Origin: Limisphaerales bacterium
GTDB taxonomy: Bacteria > Verrucomicrobiota > Verrucomicrobiia > Limisphaerales > UBA11358
Direction: 5' to 3'
DNA length: 64,000 nucleotides
NCBI GenBank assembly: GCA_003134375.1
Contig: PLAY01000179.1
Coordinates: 851-64,850, forward strand
In this document: in pieces, positions 26,450 through 36,234 of the stretch
Layout: each line of letters begins with the position of its first letter
How positions within the stretch are numbered: position 1 is the stretch's first letter
Translations under genes and position numbers: made by a program
The notes under the pieces: model-generated
What the model saw: only the letters and a program-made list of their open reading frames with translations
What the model was told of the DNA's origin: nothing
Database searches by the model: none

Positions 26450-29164
26450 ATGTTTGAACGTCCACCCAACGGTTTCTTTGTCCGCGATTTGATTTTGTTC
26501 AATCATCTGCGGCGCGGCGGTTATGTCGCCAAAGGCTTTGTCTTTGAACCGCCTGATTTGACCAACAGTCCCATCGCCGACCTGAATGAATTTCAGGAGC
26601 AGCTCTGTTTGCTGCTGGCATCCCTCCATGACAATCAGCGGCTGCAAGTCCAATACTTCTCCGACTCGGACTACAAAACCGAATTGCTCCGCTATCAGCA
26701 GGAGACCGAACGGTTTGAAAATGTCTGGACGAAGCGGTCGCGCAACGAACGGTTCGCGCGTTACTGGCAGGCAATGGTTGAGCGAAAACTCCGCCGTCAA
26801 CGCGTGGTTTTCTATATCTCACGCTCGCTGGAAAATGTTCCCCGAACACTCACCAGCAACGCCGCCTTGCGCGAGTATTACCTGACCCTGCTCGACCAGT
26901 TGGAAATGGAGTTCACGCACGTTCATCATCTGCTCAAGGAAATTTTCGCCAGCGCCGGAACGCGCGTGCTACCCATGACCGACCTCGACCATTTCAAGCA
27001 TTACAAAACTTTTCTCAATCCGTCGCTGGCCGACCGGTTTGATTTTGACGCCGCCCAGGATTTTCAGCCGGAACTTTCCGTTCAGGAAAATTGCTGGCAC
27101 AGCGAAGGCAACGGCCAGAGCGATTTCGGCTTCTACCTGGACGGCCATTATCATTCCGTCATCGCGCTCACCCGCTGGCCGCGCACCACCTATCCCGGCA
27201 TCATCCAACGACTCACCAATCTGCGCCTGCTGGACTACGCCATCACGGTCAATGTTGATCCGCTGCCCATCACCCAGGAAATCAACAAGGAGGAAAAAGA
27301 ACATGACCGCGTGGCCGGCGACTATGCCAGCGAAAAGAAAATCTCGCTGCTCACCGTCATGGAAAAGAAGCAGAAGAAGATTCACGCGCTCATGCAGGGG
27401 CAGACGATCCCGTTCAAGGCGCTGTTTGTCATCCGCATTTGGGACAAATCGAAGGACGGACTGAATGCGAAAGCCAGTGCCATCAAGAACGCCATCAATT
27501 CGATGAATTCCGCGCAGTATTTCGAGAGCAATCTGCCCAGCACTTCCAAAAATCTTTTCTTCCAGACGTGGCCGGGCTGGACGTGGGGACGCTACGAACA
27601 TCGCAAACTGTATTCTGAACATCGTTATCTGGCCGACATGCTGCCTGTCACCAGCACGTTCACCGGCCATCTGGCAACCGCCGAGGCCATCTACGACGGC
27701 CTCAACAACAATTTGATCGGCGTGGAAACTTTCTCCGGCTCGAAGGACAATCAATCGCCGCAACACGCGGTGTTGTTGGGGATGTCGGGCGCGGGCAAAT
27801 CCGTGACGGTTTGCGATTTGCTTTCACAAACGGAAGGATACTTCGCCTACACCGTCATCATTGAGGAGGGATTGTCCTACGGCATCTACACACAAACCGT
27901 CGAGGAGGGCGCGCGGCCCATCATCATTCATCCTGACGGCGACCTCACCATCAATTACCTCGACACGAAAGGTCTGCCGCTGACGCCCGATCATTTGTCG
28001 GCGGCGACCGCCCTGGTCGCCCGCATGATTGGCACATCGGCACAGGAGGACAAACAGATGCTCCGGCAGGCGCAAATCGCCAAATACTTGAATCTGCTTT
28101 ACGAGGATTCGTTTCAAGACTGGCAGAAAAAACGGCACGAGCAGTTGCTCGACATCGCCCGGCACGCGCTGGCCTTGCAAAAATTCCGCGCCGAAAAAAT
28201 GCCGCCGGGCGCGACCACCCTCGAAACTTTTGCGGACTTCCGAGACTGGAAGGCCAGCCACCTCAATGAGGCAAAAGAGTATCTCGCCGCGTTTAACGAA
28301 GGCGACGTGCTCCGGTTCTTGAAAGAACCCAAGACCAGCCGCGAAGTCCGCAACCTCGCTTTCGCCTATTTCACGCCGGAGGAATTTCCGACGCACCGGA
28401 TGCTTCAGGAACTGATGATGCTCGACCCGGTGGGTTCAGAGCGCGACCAGATCATCGAGATTGCCACGCTCATCCTGCCGTGGTGTCGCGACGGCAACTA
28501 CGGCTGCCTGTTCGACGGCGTGACAAACATTTCACTTACGGGAAAAATAGCGCACTTCGAGCTGGGCTATATCCCGGAATCGGCCAAGGAGTTGAAGGCA
28601 GCGGCGGGCTTCCTCATCACGAATCACGCGCGCAAGCATATCATCACGCTGCCGCGTGCCGTGCGGAAACGGAACGTCTATGAGGAAGTCGCCCGCTTCC
28701 TCGACATTCCCGGCGGCCAGGAAATCGTCCAAGAGTCTTATGCCCAATTGCGGAAATTCAATTGCTGGAACATTTCCATCGTCCAGCAATACGCAAGGTT
28801 CAAACAGTCGCGCATCCGCTCCGCCGTGTTTGGCAACAGCCGCCAGTTTTTCATCATGCGCCAGAACGACCGCGCGGATTTGGAGGACATGGCCCATGAC
28901 ATCGCGCTGCCCGAAGTCACCAAGCACGCGATTATGAATTATCCGCTGCCCGACCATCAGTCAGGGCAGAAGTATTCGCCGTTCACTTATTTTCACACCG
29001 ACTCCGGCCGGAATCTTTGCGGCACGGCTCACAACATTTCGTCGCGCGAAATGCTCTATTGCAGTTCTTCCAGTGGCGAACATTTCGACAAGCGCGCCCG
29101 CGAACTTCGCCAAAGTCCCAACATCGTCGAGGGCATCATCGCCCACGCCAATCCACCCAAATAA
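26450..29164 (+). CDS. virB4: VirB4/TrbE/TraC-like T4SS ATPase
   Basis: 904 aa with Walker A LLGMSGAGKSV. Size and operon position are typical of VirB4. Confidence 0.9.
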   Translation: MFERPPNGFFVRDLILFNHLRRGGYVAKGFVFEPPDLTNSPIADLNEFQEQLCLLLASLHDNQRLQVQYFSDSDYKTELLRYQQETERFENVWTKRSRNERFARYWQAMVERKLRRQRVVFYISRSLENVPRTLTSNAALREYYLTLLDQLEMEFTHVHHLLKEIFASAGTRVLPMTDLDHFKHYKTFLNPSLADRFDFDAAQDFQPELSVQENCWHSEGNGQSDFGFYLDGHYHSVIALTRWPRTTYPGIIQRLTNLRLLDYAITVNVDPLPITQEINKEEKEHDRVAGDYASEKKISLLTVMEKKQKKIHALMQGQTIPFKALFVIRIWDKSKDGLNAKASAIKNAINSMNSAQYFESNLPSTSKNLFFQTWPGWTWGRYEHRKLYSEHRYLADMLPVTSTFTGHLATAEAIYDGLNNNLIGVETFSGSKDNQSPQHAVLLGMSGAGKSVTVCDLLSQTEGYFAYTVIIEEGLSYGIYTQTVEEGARPIIIHPDGDLTINYLDTKGLPLTPDHLSAATALVARMIGTSAQEDKQMLRQAQIAKYLNLLYEDSFQDWQKKRHEQLLDIARHALALQKFRAEKMPPGATTLETFADFRDWKASHLNEAKEYLAAFNEGDVLRFLKEPKTSREVRNLAFAYFTPEEFPTHRMLQELMMLDPVGSERDQIIEIATLILPWCRDGNYGCLFDGVTNISLTGKIAHFELGYIPESAKELKAAAGFLITNHARKHIITLPRAVRKRNVYEEVARFLDIPGGQEIVQESYAQLRKFNCWNISIVQQYARFKQSRIRSAVFGNSRQFFIMRQNDRADLEDMAHDIALPEVTKHAIMNYPLPDHQSGQKYSPFTYFHTDSGRNLCGTAHNISSREMLYCSSSSGEHFDKRARELRQSPNIVEGIIAHANPPK

Positions 29165-29182
29165 ACCAAAATCAAAACACTA

Positions 29183-29602
29183 ATGAAAAAATTATTTGTT
29201 CAATTCATCCCCCTTGCCTGTGTCGTGTGTCTGTTCACGGGCTGCGCCGCTGTCACCCGAACCACCACCGATGTGGCGTTGGGGGCAGGCGGCGCGGCTC
29301 TCGGCGGTGTGCTTTCCAAAGGCAATCCCGCCGCCATCGCGGGCGGCGCGGTGGGCGGAGTCGCCCTTGGCGAGGGACTCCACTACGCCAACAGCAAACA
29401 GAACGAACAGTCCTACCAGACCGGCTGCGACAAAGGCCGCAGTGATGCGGTGAAACAACAATACTGGCTCTACGTTTCCATGCAGCAGGCCAAGGCGGGT
29501 GACGAAGGCCGTATCCGGCTCTACCAGGTGCATCTGCCCGAGCAAGTCATTGACGGTGTGATTTTCAAACCCACCACCCAAAACCTCCGCATTGAGGAGT
29601 AG
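29183..29602 (+). CDS. lipoprotein with a glycine-zipper segment (VirB7/TrbH-like position)
   Basis: Lipobox is LFTGC. A Gly-zipper reads GAGGAALGGVLSKGNPAAIAGGAVGGVALG. Confidence 0.55.
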   Translation: MKKLFVQFIPLACVVCLFTGCAAVTRTTTDVALGAGGAALGGVLSKGNPAAIAGGAVGGVALGEGLHYANSKQNEQSYQTGCDKGRSDAVKQQYWLYVSMQQAKAGDEGRIRLYQVHLPEQVIDGVIFKPTTQNLRIEE

Positions 29603-29653
29603 GAAGAAAATAATTGCCCGCTCAACCACCAAAAAAAGGAAAGGAGAACAAAC

Positions 29654-30454
29654 ATGAAAAAACTAATCGTAACAGCCCTCATCGTCCTGCCGCTGGCGTT
29701 CTCCGCCCGCGCACAGTGGGTCGTCTTTGACCCGACAGTGAACATTGAACAGATTCTGGACGAAGCTGAAAATCTCGCTGAATACGCCGAGATGATCGAT
29801 AACGAGGTGCAGCAAATCACAACGCTCGGCGACCAGTTGAGTGAGTTCAAAAACTATGAATCCCTGTTCGGCAATCCGTCCAAAGTGGTGCTGTCAATGG
29901 TTGCGCCATTGAACGCCGATTTGCAGAGCATCGAGCCGGGGGTGAACCTCGAAAACCTCGTCGCCAATGCCAATGGCAGTTCGGCGCTGACCTACAATGA
30001 TTCTGGCATCTACGCCACGGTGGGCACCAGCTTCCAGACGCCGGGCGGCCAGACCATCCAACGACCCGCCGACCAATACAAACCGATTACGGCAATCATC
30101 AACACCGCCAGCAATTATGTCACGGTGGCTGACAATGCGGCGCAACGGCGCGCGACCATCAAGGACGAAATCGCACAAACCACCCAGCAACTCCAGAACG
30201 CCACCACGGATGCCGAGGTGCAGAAGTTGCATGGCGTTCTCACCAGCCTGAACGGCGATCTGGCCAGCACCGACGACGAAGTAAATCAGGCGGCGTCGTC
30301 CGCAATGGTGCAGGACATCCAGAACCGGAACGACCAGCAGAAACAAATTCAGGCGTTGACCGAACAGCAGAACGCCGAATTTGAAGAATCCGTCAGCAAT
30401 TACACGGCGAAGTTTCAGTTGCTGAACGCACCGACTGTGTTTCCCACCCCATAA
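29654..30454 (+). CDS. TrbJ/VirB5-like secreted protein
   Basis: A signal peptide is followed by QWVVFDPTVNIEQILDEAENLAEYAEMIDNEVQQI, which is TrbJ-like. The protein is helical and Q-rich. Confidence 0.6.
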   Translation: MKKLIVTALIVLPLAFSARAQWVVFDPTVNIEQILDEAENLAEYAEMIDNEVQQITTLGDQLSEFKNYESLFGNPSKVVLSMVAPLNADLQSIEPGVNLENLVANANGSSALTYNDSGIYATVGTSFQTPGGQTIQRPADQYKPITAIINTASNYVTVADNAAQRRATIKDEIAQTTQQLQNATTDAEVQKLHGVLTSLNGDLASTDDEVNQAASSAMVQDIQNRNDQQKQIQALTEQQNAEFEESVSNYTAKFQLLNAPTVFPTP

Positions 30455-30475
30455 CCTTCAATCCCTTCAATCATT

Positions 30476-31543
30476 ATGGCCACGTTCGACAGCATCTTCC
30501 CCACGTTTCTCGCCAAATGTGGTGAACTCCACACGTTGTTGTTGAGCGTGGCCTTCGCGCTTTTCATCGTCGGCATCATCGTCACCGTGATGCACCATTC
30601 CTCGCACAAATCCATTCTGAATTTGCTCCTGCGTTTGCTGTTGCTTACGTCGCTCCTCGTGTTCCTGCCTGCCTGGGGCAACACGCTTCAGAATTTGCTG
30701 CAAACTTCAATCCTCTCCGGCTTGGGCGTTGACCCGGCCAATGTTTATCAGCAGTTCAATCAACTGCTCGTCATCAAACGTGACCCTGCCACGACCTCGT
30801 CCTGGTGGAATGTCATGTCGCAGCTCCACAATTTCACCACCGACCTGATCATCTCCGCCGTCCTCTGGCTCGTCGGCCAGTTCGCTTCGCTGATGATGTT
30901 CTGGGCTTACATCTTTCAGACGATCATCCTGAATCTCGGCTACGCGCTCTCGCCCTTGCTCATCGGTTTCATGGCAATTCCGGCTCTGAAGCACACCGGC
31001 AACCGCTACCTCATGAATCTTGTCGGTGTTTTGTTGTGGCCGCTGGGCTGGGCGCTCGCCGCGCTCGTGACCCAGGGCATTCTCGATTTCATGACCGACC
31101 CCAGCTTTGAATATATTGACCCCACTTCCACGCTTCCCGATTTGCAAAAAACCATCGGCGTCGCCGTGGTCGGTTTCTGGATTATTTTCAGCACCGTTGC
31201 CGCGCCGGTCATCATCCAGAACGTCATCGCCCACGGCATTCAGCCCGGAGGCCCGTTGCTCGCGGGCGGTGTCAGCAGCGCGCTTCAAACCGCCGCCACC
31301 ACTGCGGGCGCTGCCGCCAGTGCCGCGCCCATCGGCATTCCCGCCGTGACCGCTGGCGCGGCGGGCATGGCGGCATTGTTAAGCACCATGTCGTCCGCCG
31401 CCAACATGGGCAGTGCGGGGGCCATCATCATTGCCGGTTCCGGCCTGCCGCCGCGCTCCGCTCGCGGTCGGCCCGGTGACGACATTACCGGCAACAAGGC
31501 CGTCCGCGACCTCATCGCCAAATCCAAACCAAACTATTACTGA
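30476..31543 (+). CDS. TrbL/VirB6-like polytopic membrane protein
   Basis: 355 aa with at least 6 predicted TM helices and an Ala/Gly-rich C-terminus. It follows the TrbJ-like gene. Confidence 0.7.
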   Translation: MATFDSIFPTFLAKCGELHTLLLSVAFALFIVGIIVTVMHHSSHKSILNLLLRLLLLTSLLVFLPAWGNTLQNLLQTSILSGLGVDPANVYQQFNQLLVIKRDPATTSSWWNVMSQLHNFTTDLIISAVLWLVGQFASLMMFWAYIFQTIILNLGYALSPLLIGFMAIPALKHTGNRYLMNLVGVLLWPLGWALAALVTQGILDFMTDPSFEYIDPTSTLPDLQKTIGVAVVGFWIIFSTVAAPVIIQNVIAHGIQPGGPLLAGGVSSALQTAATTAGAAASAAPIGIPAVTAGAAGMAALLSTMSSAANMGSAGAIIIAGSGLPPRSARGRPGDDITGNKAVRDLIAKSKPNYY

Positions 31544-31546
31544 CCT

Positions 31547-32209
31547 ATGGACACCTCCGAATTACGAACCACCGAAACTAAAAATGCCGTCGCCGCCAAG
31601 CCGGCACCACGCCGCTTTGATCCGACACGGCTTTTGGTCCAGCGCGACCGGCTGCCGTGGTTCTGGTTCTTTTTCACCGTCGCCGTCTTGTTGCTCTCGG
31701 CGATGGACCGCTACCACATTGTCTCCCAATTCAAACTGCGCGAGCGCGTTGTCATCATTGACCCCGCCGGCACTTACTACTTGAGTCCGTTGCTCCAGTT
31801 TTCAGAGGCCAAAGATTTGCACATCCAACAGGCCGAACTCGCAACGATGGCGTTCCTCGAACGCAATCCCAAGGATTTCGACAATCCCGATTTGCTCAAA
31901 TTGTTGTTCCTCAAATCTGCGCTGGGCAAGGCGCAGGACGAGCGCGTCAAAGAGATGGTCGAGTTTCGCGCCAAACAGTTGCACCAAAAAGCCGAGATTG
32001 CCCGCATTGACATCCTGGCCACGCGCGAAAACGAGGTGCTGGCCGCTGTCACCGGTCAGATCATTCGCAGCGGCATTTTTCAAGAAAAGGCGTTCACCGA
32101 GGCGTTTCCGTTCACGCTCCGGCTCCGCCTCATCCGCAACCCCAACATGTCCCTAAACGGACGCTTCCCAACCGCAGTAGGAGACTTCAAATATGAAATC
32201 AACCGTTAA
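31547..32209 (+). CDS. VirB8-like bitopic protein
   Basis: A single N-terminal TM (WFWFFFTVAVLLL) precedes a periplasmic domain of about 150 aa. The call rests on topology and operon position. Confidence 0.5.
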   Translation: MDTSELRTTETKNAVAAKPAPRRFDPTRLLVQRDRLPWFWFFFTVAVLLLSAMDRYHIVSQFKLRERVVIIDPAGTYYLSPLLQFSEAKDLHIQQAELATMAFLERNPKDFDNPDLLKLLFLKSALGKAQDERVKEMVEFRAKQLHQKAEIARIDILATRENEVLAAVTGQIIRSGIFQEKAFTEAFPFTLRLRLIRNPNMSLNGRFPTAVGDFKYEINR

Positions 32210-33116
32210 TATATTATTGCTCACCGTCACGGTGCTCACTGCCAATGTTGCATTGGCGCAACCTTCCAAAGAAATTTTGAAAGATTTCCTGGATGAGAAC
32301 GTATTGATAGTAGTGCCGGTTGCCACCAACCGCGTCACCACGATCAGTTTTCCAAGCGCCATCACCGCCATTGACGGTGCGGGCGTCACGGTGGACGGAA
32401 AAACGCCGGGTCTGTTTCAACTGGCCCACACTAAAGGCTCGGCGTTTCTTTCCGTGCGCGCCCTGTTCCCAAAGGCATCGGCCAATCTCAACATCCGCTG
32501 GAATGACCACACCTACGTTTTTGAACTGACTGAAAGCGGCCAGCCGGTCTTATCGCTCAACCTGGCAGCCATGCCGACGCCGGACGAAGAAGGCGTTGGC
32601 CATGCGCCCGAAGTCAGCCCGATTAAACTTCTGGCCTTGCTCGACAAGGCCAAGGCGTTTCCGTTGCTCAAAGCGCAGCAGCCCGAAAGTGTCGCCGACG
32701 TGGACTTCACCACCTACGACGGCAAGCCGCTCGCCAGTGATTTCAACGATTACGAAATCCAGATCGAAGAAACCTTCCGATTCAACGCCGAGGACACACT
32801 GGTTTTTCGCCTCGTCATCACCAACAAGATTGACGCGCCCCTGATTTATCAGCCGGACAGTTTCGCATTGCGCGTGGGTAACCGGCTCTACCCGCAATCC
32901 ATCAGCGACGCCGACGGCACCGTGCCGCCCAAAGGCCAAAGCATCGTTTATTTCGCCGTCACCGGCACACCAGACGGCGGGCGCAACGAATTGTCATTGC
33001 GCAACGCCTTCACGGTTTTGGTGACGCGCCTATCGCCGCCGCCCCCACCGCCCGTTGTCACTGTCACCAATGCTCCCATTGTGAATCCCATCCGTTCACC
33101 CCGAGGCCACCTATGA
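32193..33116 (+). CDS. VirB9/TrbG-like outer-membrane-complex protein
   Basis: It has a signal peptide, then NRVTTISFPSAITAIDG...ANLNIRWNDHTYVFELTE resembling the VirB9 N-domain, and a Pro-rich tail. Confidence 0.6.
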   Translation: MKSTVNILLLTVTVLTANVALAQPSKEILKDFLDENVLIVVPVATNRVTTISFPSAITAIDGAGVTVDGKTPGLFQLAHTKGSAFLSVRALFPKASANLNIRWNDHTYVFELTESGQPVLSLNLAAMPTPDEEGVGHAPEVSPIKLLALLDKAKAFPLLKAQQPESVADVDFTTYDGKPLASDFNDYEIQIEETFRFNAEDTLVFRLVITNKIDAPLIYQPDSFALRVGNRLYPQSISDADGTVPPKGQSIVYFAVTGTPDGGRNELSLRNAFTVLVTRLSPPPPPPVVTVTNAPIVNPIRSPRGHL

Positions 33117-34174
33117 AACCGCGCGATTTCCTCAATTTTTTCAAAACCAGAAGCGGCAAGCTCCTTGCCTTTGGCGCAGTGTTCGCCGCCGCACTGATCA
33201 TTTTCAGTGTCGTTCGCAAACACCATACGTCCACCGATGATGCCGTGAGTGTCACGGTTCTGGCCACCAACGTCACGGACAAGCCCCAGGTGGTGCAGTC
33301 CGTCACGCGGCCAATGCAGGTTTATTATCCGCCGCCATCCAAGGCGCAACCAACGACGTCGTCGTCATCGCCGCCATCGGCATTTCCGAATCCTTCTCCG
33401 TTGCCAGTGGTGCCCGCGAACCAGTCGCCAACGCTCTCCCCCATCAGTTTGTTTGGCGACAGTTCGGCGGGAATTCCGCCGGCCAAAAAGTTGAGCGCGG
33501 TGTTTGCCCCGTTCGGACGGCTGATTCCCTGCGAAACCGTGGTTACGATTGACTCGGCTTCCATCCAGACACCCATCGTCGGCTTAGTCACTGAGAACAT
33601 CTATTATGGTGGCAGGCTGGTGATCCCGGCGGGCACGGAGATTCATGGAACGGCCCAAACCGACCATCAACGTGAACGCATCGCCAGCGGCAACATCTGG
33701 ACGTTGATCTGGCAAAACGGGATGGAAATGCAAATCAAGGCCATCGCCCTTGACCGCGAGTTTGCAAACGACACCAACCAGACCGGCTGGGCCATCACCG
33801 ACGGCAGCGCCGGTTTGCGCGGTGAGGTCATCAAGTCCGACAATTTCGCCGACCTCAAACTTTTTGCCGCGACATTCCTCTCCGGCGCGGCGGGCGCGCT
33901 GACGGAAAAACAACAAACCGTCTTCGGTCCCATCAACAGTCCCACGCTCAACAACGCGCCCTTTGCGGGCGCGCAGGCCGTGCTGCAAACCTACGCCCAA
34001 CAAATGTTGGATTCGATTCAAAAGAACGGTTTCTACGTCCGCGTGCCGAGCGGAAAACAATTTTATCTCTACGTCCTGCAAACCATTGACGCCGCCGATG
34101 CCTCACTCGGTGGCACCGCCATTCCCGTCACCCAGGAAACCGATGAACCAAACAAAACCAAATCAAAACCATGA
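33113..34174 (+). CDS. VirB10/TrbI-like protein
   Basis: It has an N-terminal TM, a Pro/Ser-rich linker, and a C-terminal domain LIPCETVVTIDSASIQTPIVGLVTENIYYGGRLVIPAGTEIHG...DGSAGLRGEV typical of TrbI/VirB10. Confidence 0.75.
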   Translation: MKPRDFLNFFKTRSGKLLAFGAVFAAALIIFSVVRKHHTSTDDAVSVTVLATNVTDKPQVVQSVTRPMQVYYPPPSKAQPTTSSSSPPSAFPNPSPLPVVPANQSPTLSPISLFGDSSAGIPPAKKLSAVFAPFGRLIPCETVVTIDSASIQTPIVGLVTENIYYGGRLVIPAGTEIHGTAQTDHQRERIASGNIWTLIWQNGMEMQIKAIALDREFANDTNQTGWAITDGSAGLRGEVIKSDNFADLKLFAATFLSGAAGALTEKQQTVFGPINSPTLNNAPFAGAQAVLQTYAQQMLDSIQKNGFYVRVPSGKQFYLYVLQTIDAADASLGGTAIPVTQETDEPNKTKSKP

Positions 34175-34734
34175 AAATGTTTTATCTCATTCCCTTGTTG
34201 TTTCTGTCCGCGTGTTCCACCGCGCCCAAGCTCACGTTGCGGCCACAACAGCCGCCAGCACCGGACGCCGCCGGCATTCGTTATCCCGAAGTTCTCCACG
34301 CCTACCACGTCGGACGCTACGGCGATCCGAATGACGATTCACTCATGCACGAACAGCACGTCGTCTATCGCGTCGAGGAAAACACGCGCTGGAATTTTCA
34401 TCCCGGACCGGTTGACGGCAATCTGCCCGCATTGCCATCGCGCGACGCGGCGTTCGCCCCGGCCCCGGTCAACGATGACATCCTGGCTGAAGTCAATTCG
34501 CAGCGGCTCGCCACGACCCAAATCATGATGCAGGCCCGAACCCTCTCGACTGCGCTCGCGCAATTTCAAACCGCGTTGTCGCAGACCAAAACCAATTTGC
34601 AGGAAACGGCGCGGCTGCGCGCGTCGGTGAACGAGATGAAGCAGCGGCTCGATACGCTTGAAACCGCGCCAGGGCAAATGCTGGCAACACCCATTTCCAC
34701 GACCAATGAACCGGCTGATCCATTGCGTCCGTGA
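34171..34734 (+). CDS. lipoprotein with a C-terminal coiled coil (T4SS accessory)
   Basis: Lipobox is LLFLSAC. Its start overlaps the virB10-like stop. Confidence 0.5.
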   Translation: MKMFYLIPLLFLSACSTAPKLTLRPQQPPAPDAAGIRYPEVLHAYHVGRYGDPNDDSLMHEQHVVYRVEENTRWNFHPGPVDGNLPALPSRDAAFAPAPVNDDILAEVNSQRLATTQIMMQARTLSTALAQFQTALSQTKTNLQETARLRASVNEMKQRLDTLETAPGQMLATPISTTNEPADPLRP

Positions 34735-34789
34735 AACACTTTGTCGGCAAACACGCCGGCAAAATTAACAACCAACAACCAAACTCATT

Positions 34790-35200
34790 ATGAGCACAAC
34801 AAAAACAAAACCCGCGCCTAATGGCGCCGCCAGCGCAAATGCAACTCCCGACCAATCCAACTACCGAATCAATCCCGAAGTCGAGGCCAAGATTGACGCC
34901 CACATCAAAGAGAACCCGAAACATTGGGCTTACCTGCAAAGCATGCCCCGCGACCGCCTGGAGCGCACCGTCGTCCTGAATGAAGTGCGCCAGCTCGAAC
35001 GTCAGGAGCGGATGCGCGATGGCATGATGAAAAAAATCAACGCCAATCCCGAACTGAAACAGGCTTACGAGATTCTGGTAAAGAACGTCCCGGAAGAACA
35101 ACGCGAAGAAGTCATGAGCCAGATTGCGCGCCAGACCCAACGCGCCGTTTCCCGCTCACAAACCCAGCAACAAACCAAAGGACAGGCGGTTGGTGTTTGA
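34790..35200 (+). CDS. hypothetical charged protein, last gene of the T4SS operon
   Basis: 136-aa ORF with no recognised motif. Confidence 0.45.
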   Translation: MSTTKTKPAPNGAASANATPDQSNYRINPEVEAKIDAHIKENPKHWAYLQSMPRDRLERTVVLNEVRQLERQERMRDGMMKKINANPELKQAYEILVKNVPEEQREEVMSQIARQTQRAVSRSQTQQQTKGQAVGV

Positions 35201-35212
35201 TGACGCTCATGC

Positions 35213-35242
35213 CGGTCTGACTCTGGCAGCAGAGTCAGACCG
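35213..35242. other. perfect 13-bp stem hairpin (CGGTCTGACTCTG-GCAG-CAGAGTCAGACCG) after the T4SS operon, with no T-tract
   Basis: Read directly. The lack of a U-run argues against a canonical intrinsic terminator. Confidence 0.5.
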
Positions 35243-35550
35243 CACCCCGATTGTGGCAGTCAGATTTGGTCGCAGAATTCATGTGCTGGATTAAAAGGCA
35301 TGAAATTTGCATCAAAGAGCCATGAGGGGTGTTTTTGCGCCTATATTCACCTTTTCGTCAGAATTATGTGCGAGCCGGCAATTTTCTGGGCACTTCGATC
35401 TGGAAGCACTTCAGCTTTCACTGCTTGGGTTGAGCTATCCCCTTTGTTCCTCGATTTCATTGGCACACCTCAAAAATCAGAAAGGAAAGAAAGTGAGTTC
35501 AATATTTCCACCTGATATTTGCGCCGAAAGCATGGTCCAGGGGTTGTCTG

Positions 35551-35868
35551 ATGGGTTGCATCATGCCCTTCCTGAATATCATCGGTCCTGTGGTGATTAA
35601 ACTTCGCCAAGCGCGGAGTTGGTCACAAGAGGTTCTGGCGGCGCGATTGCAATGCCAGGAAGCGGATATTTCGCGTGACGTGCTGGCCAACATCGAGTCC
35701 GGTCGGACACAAGTGACGGACAAACATATCCGGGCGCTTCACAAGGCATTCGGAGTGCCAGTCGTCCAGCTTTTTCCCAAGTTGGTTCAGGAACTGGACG
35801 AAACATTTACCCAACGTAAGGACGACCGTCCCATGAAAAAGCCACGCCACCCCAGACGTAAATCCTAG
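35551..35868 (+). CDS. XRE-family HTH regulator
   Basis: IGPVVIKLRQARSWSQEVLAARLQ...DVLANIESGRTQVTDKHIRALHKAFGVPVVQLF. Confidence 0.7.
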   Translation: MGCIMPFLNIIGPVVIKLRQARSWSQEVLAARLQCQEADISRDVLANIESGRTQVTDKHIRALHKAFGVPVVQLFPKLVQELDETFTQRKDDRPMKKPRHPRRKS

Positions 35869-35982
35869 ACATAAACCAACTCGGCTTGCACCTCCGGGCC
35901 GGCGCTGGCAAATTTTCCATGGCAGTCAGACGAACAACGGCAAATGACCAGCTTGACCTTTTTTCAAATCAAAGGCCGACTT

Positions 35983-36234
35983 ATGAAAGCATTGACACAA
36001 TACGGCCGCCAGGCCGAGAAACACTGGCGCGAACATTGCCCAAAAATGGTGAGCGCACTGGAGGCGCAGGGACAGTTGCACGCGATGTTGCTGGAGGCCG
36101 AGGAGAAGACGAAGGACGAGATGATCGAACTGACGCAACAGTTCAGAAAACAGGGTCTGACCGCGCAGCAGGCCCACGACCGGGCATGGGAAATGGTGCG
36201 GGAGAGTTACATCCTGCTTCCAGCCGAGACCTAG
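35983..36234 (+). CDS. small conserved-looking helical protein in an alternative frame over the annotated 5' end of the giant ORF
   Basis: MKALTQYGRQAEKHWREHCPKMVSALEAQGQLHAMLLEAEEKTKDEMIELTQQFRKQGLTAQQAHDRAWEMVRESYILLPAET is well-formed helical sequence. The competing frame (35886-36185) is G/R/D-rich low-complexity sequence. Confidence 0.55.
   Translation: MKALTQYGRQAEKHWREHCPKMVSALEAQGQLHAMLLEAEEKTKDEMIELTQQFRKQGLTAQQAHDRAWEMVRESYILLPAET

Noticed and set aside
35886-36185. The 5' 100 codons of the 1729-aa ORF.
   Set aside because: The peptide is low-complexity G/R/D-rich, while the alternative frame encodes a well-formed helical protein. I treat it as non-coding in this frame, though this is unproven.
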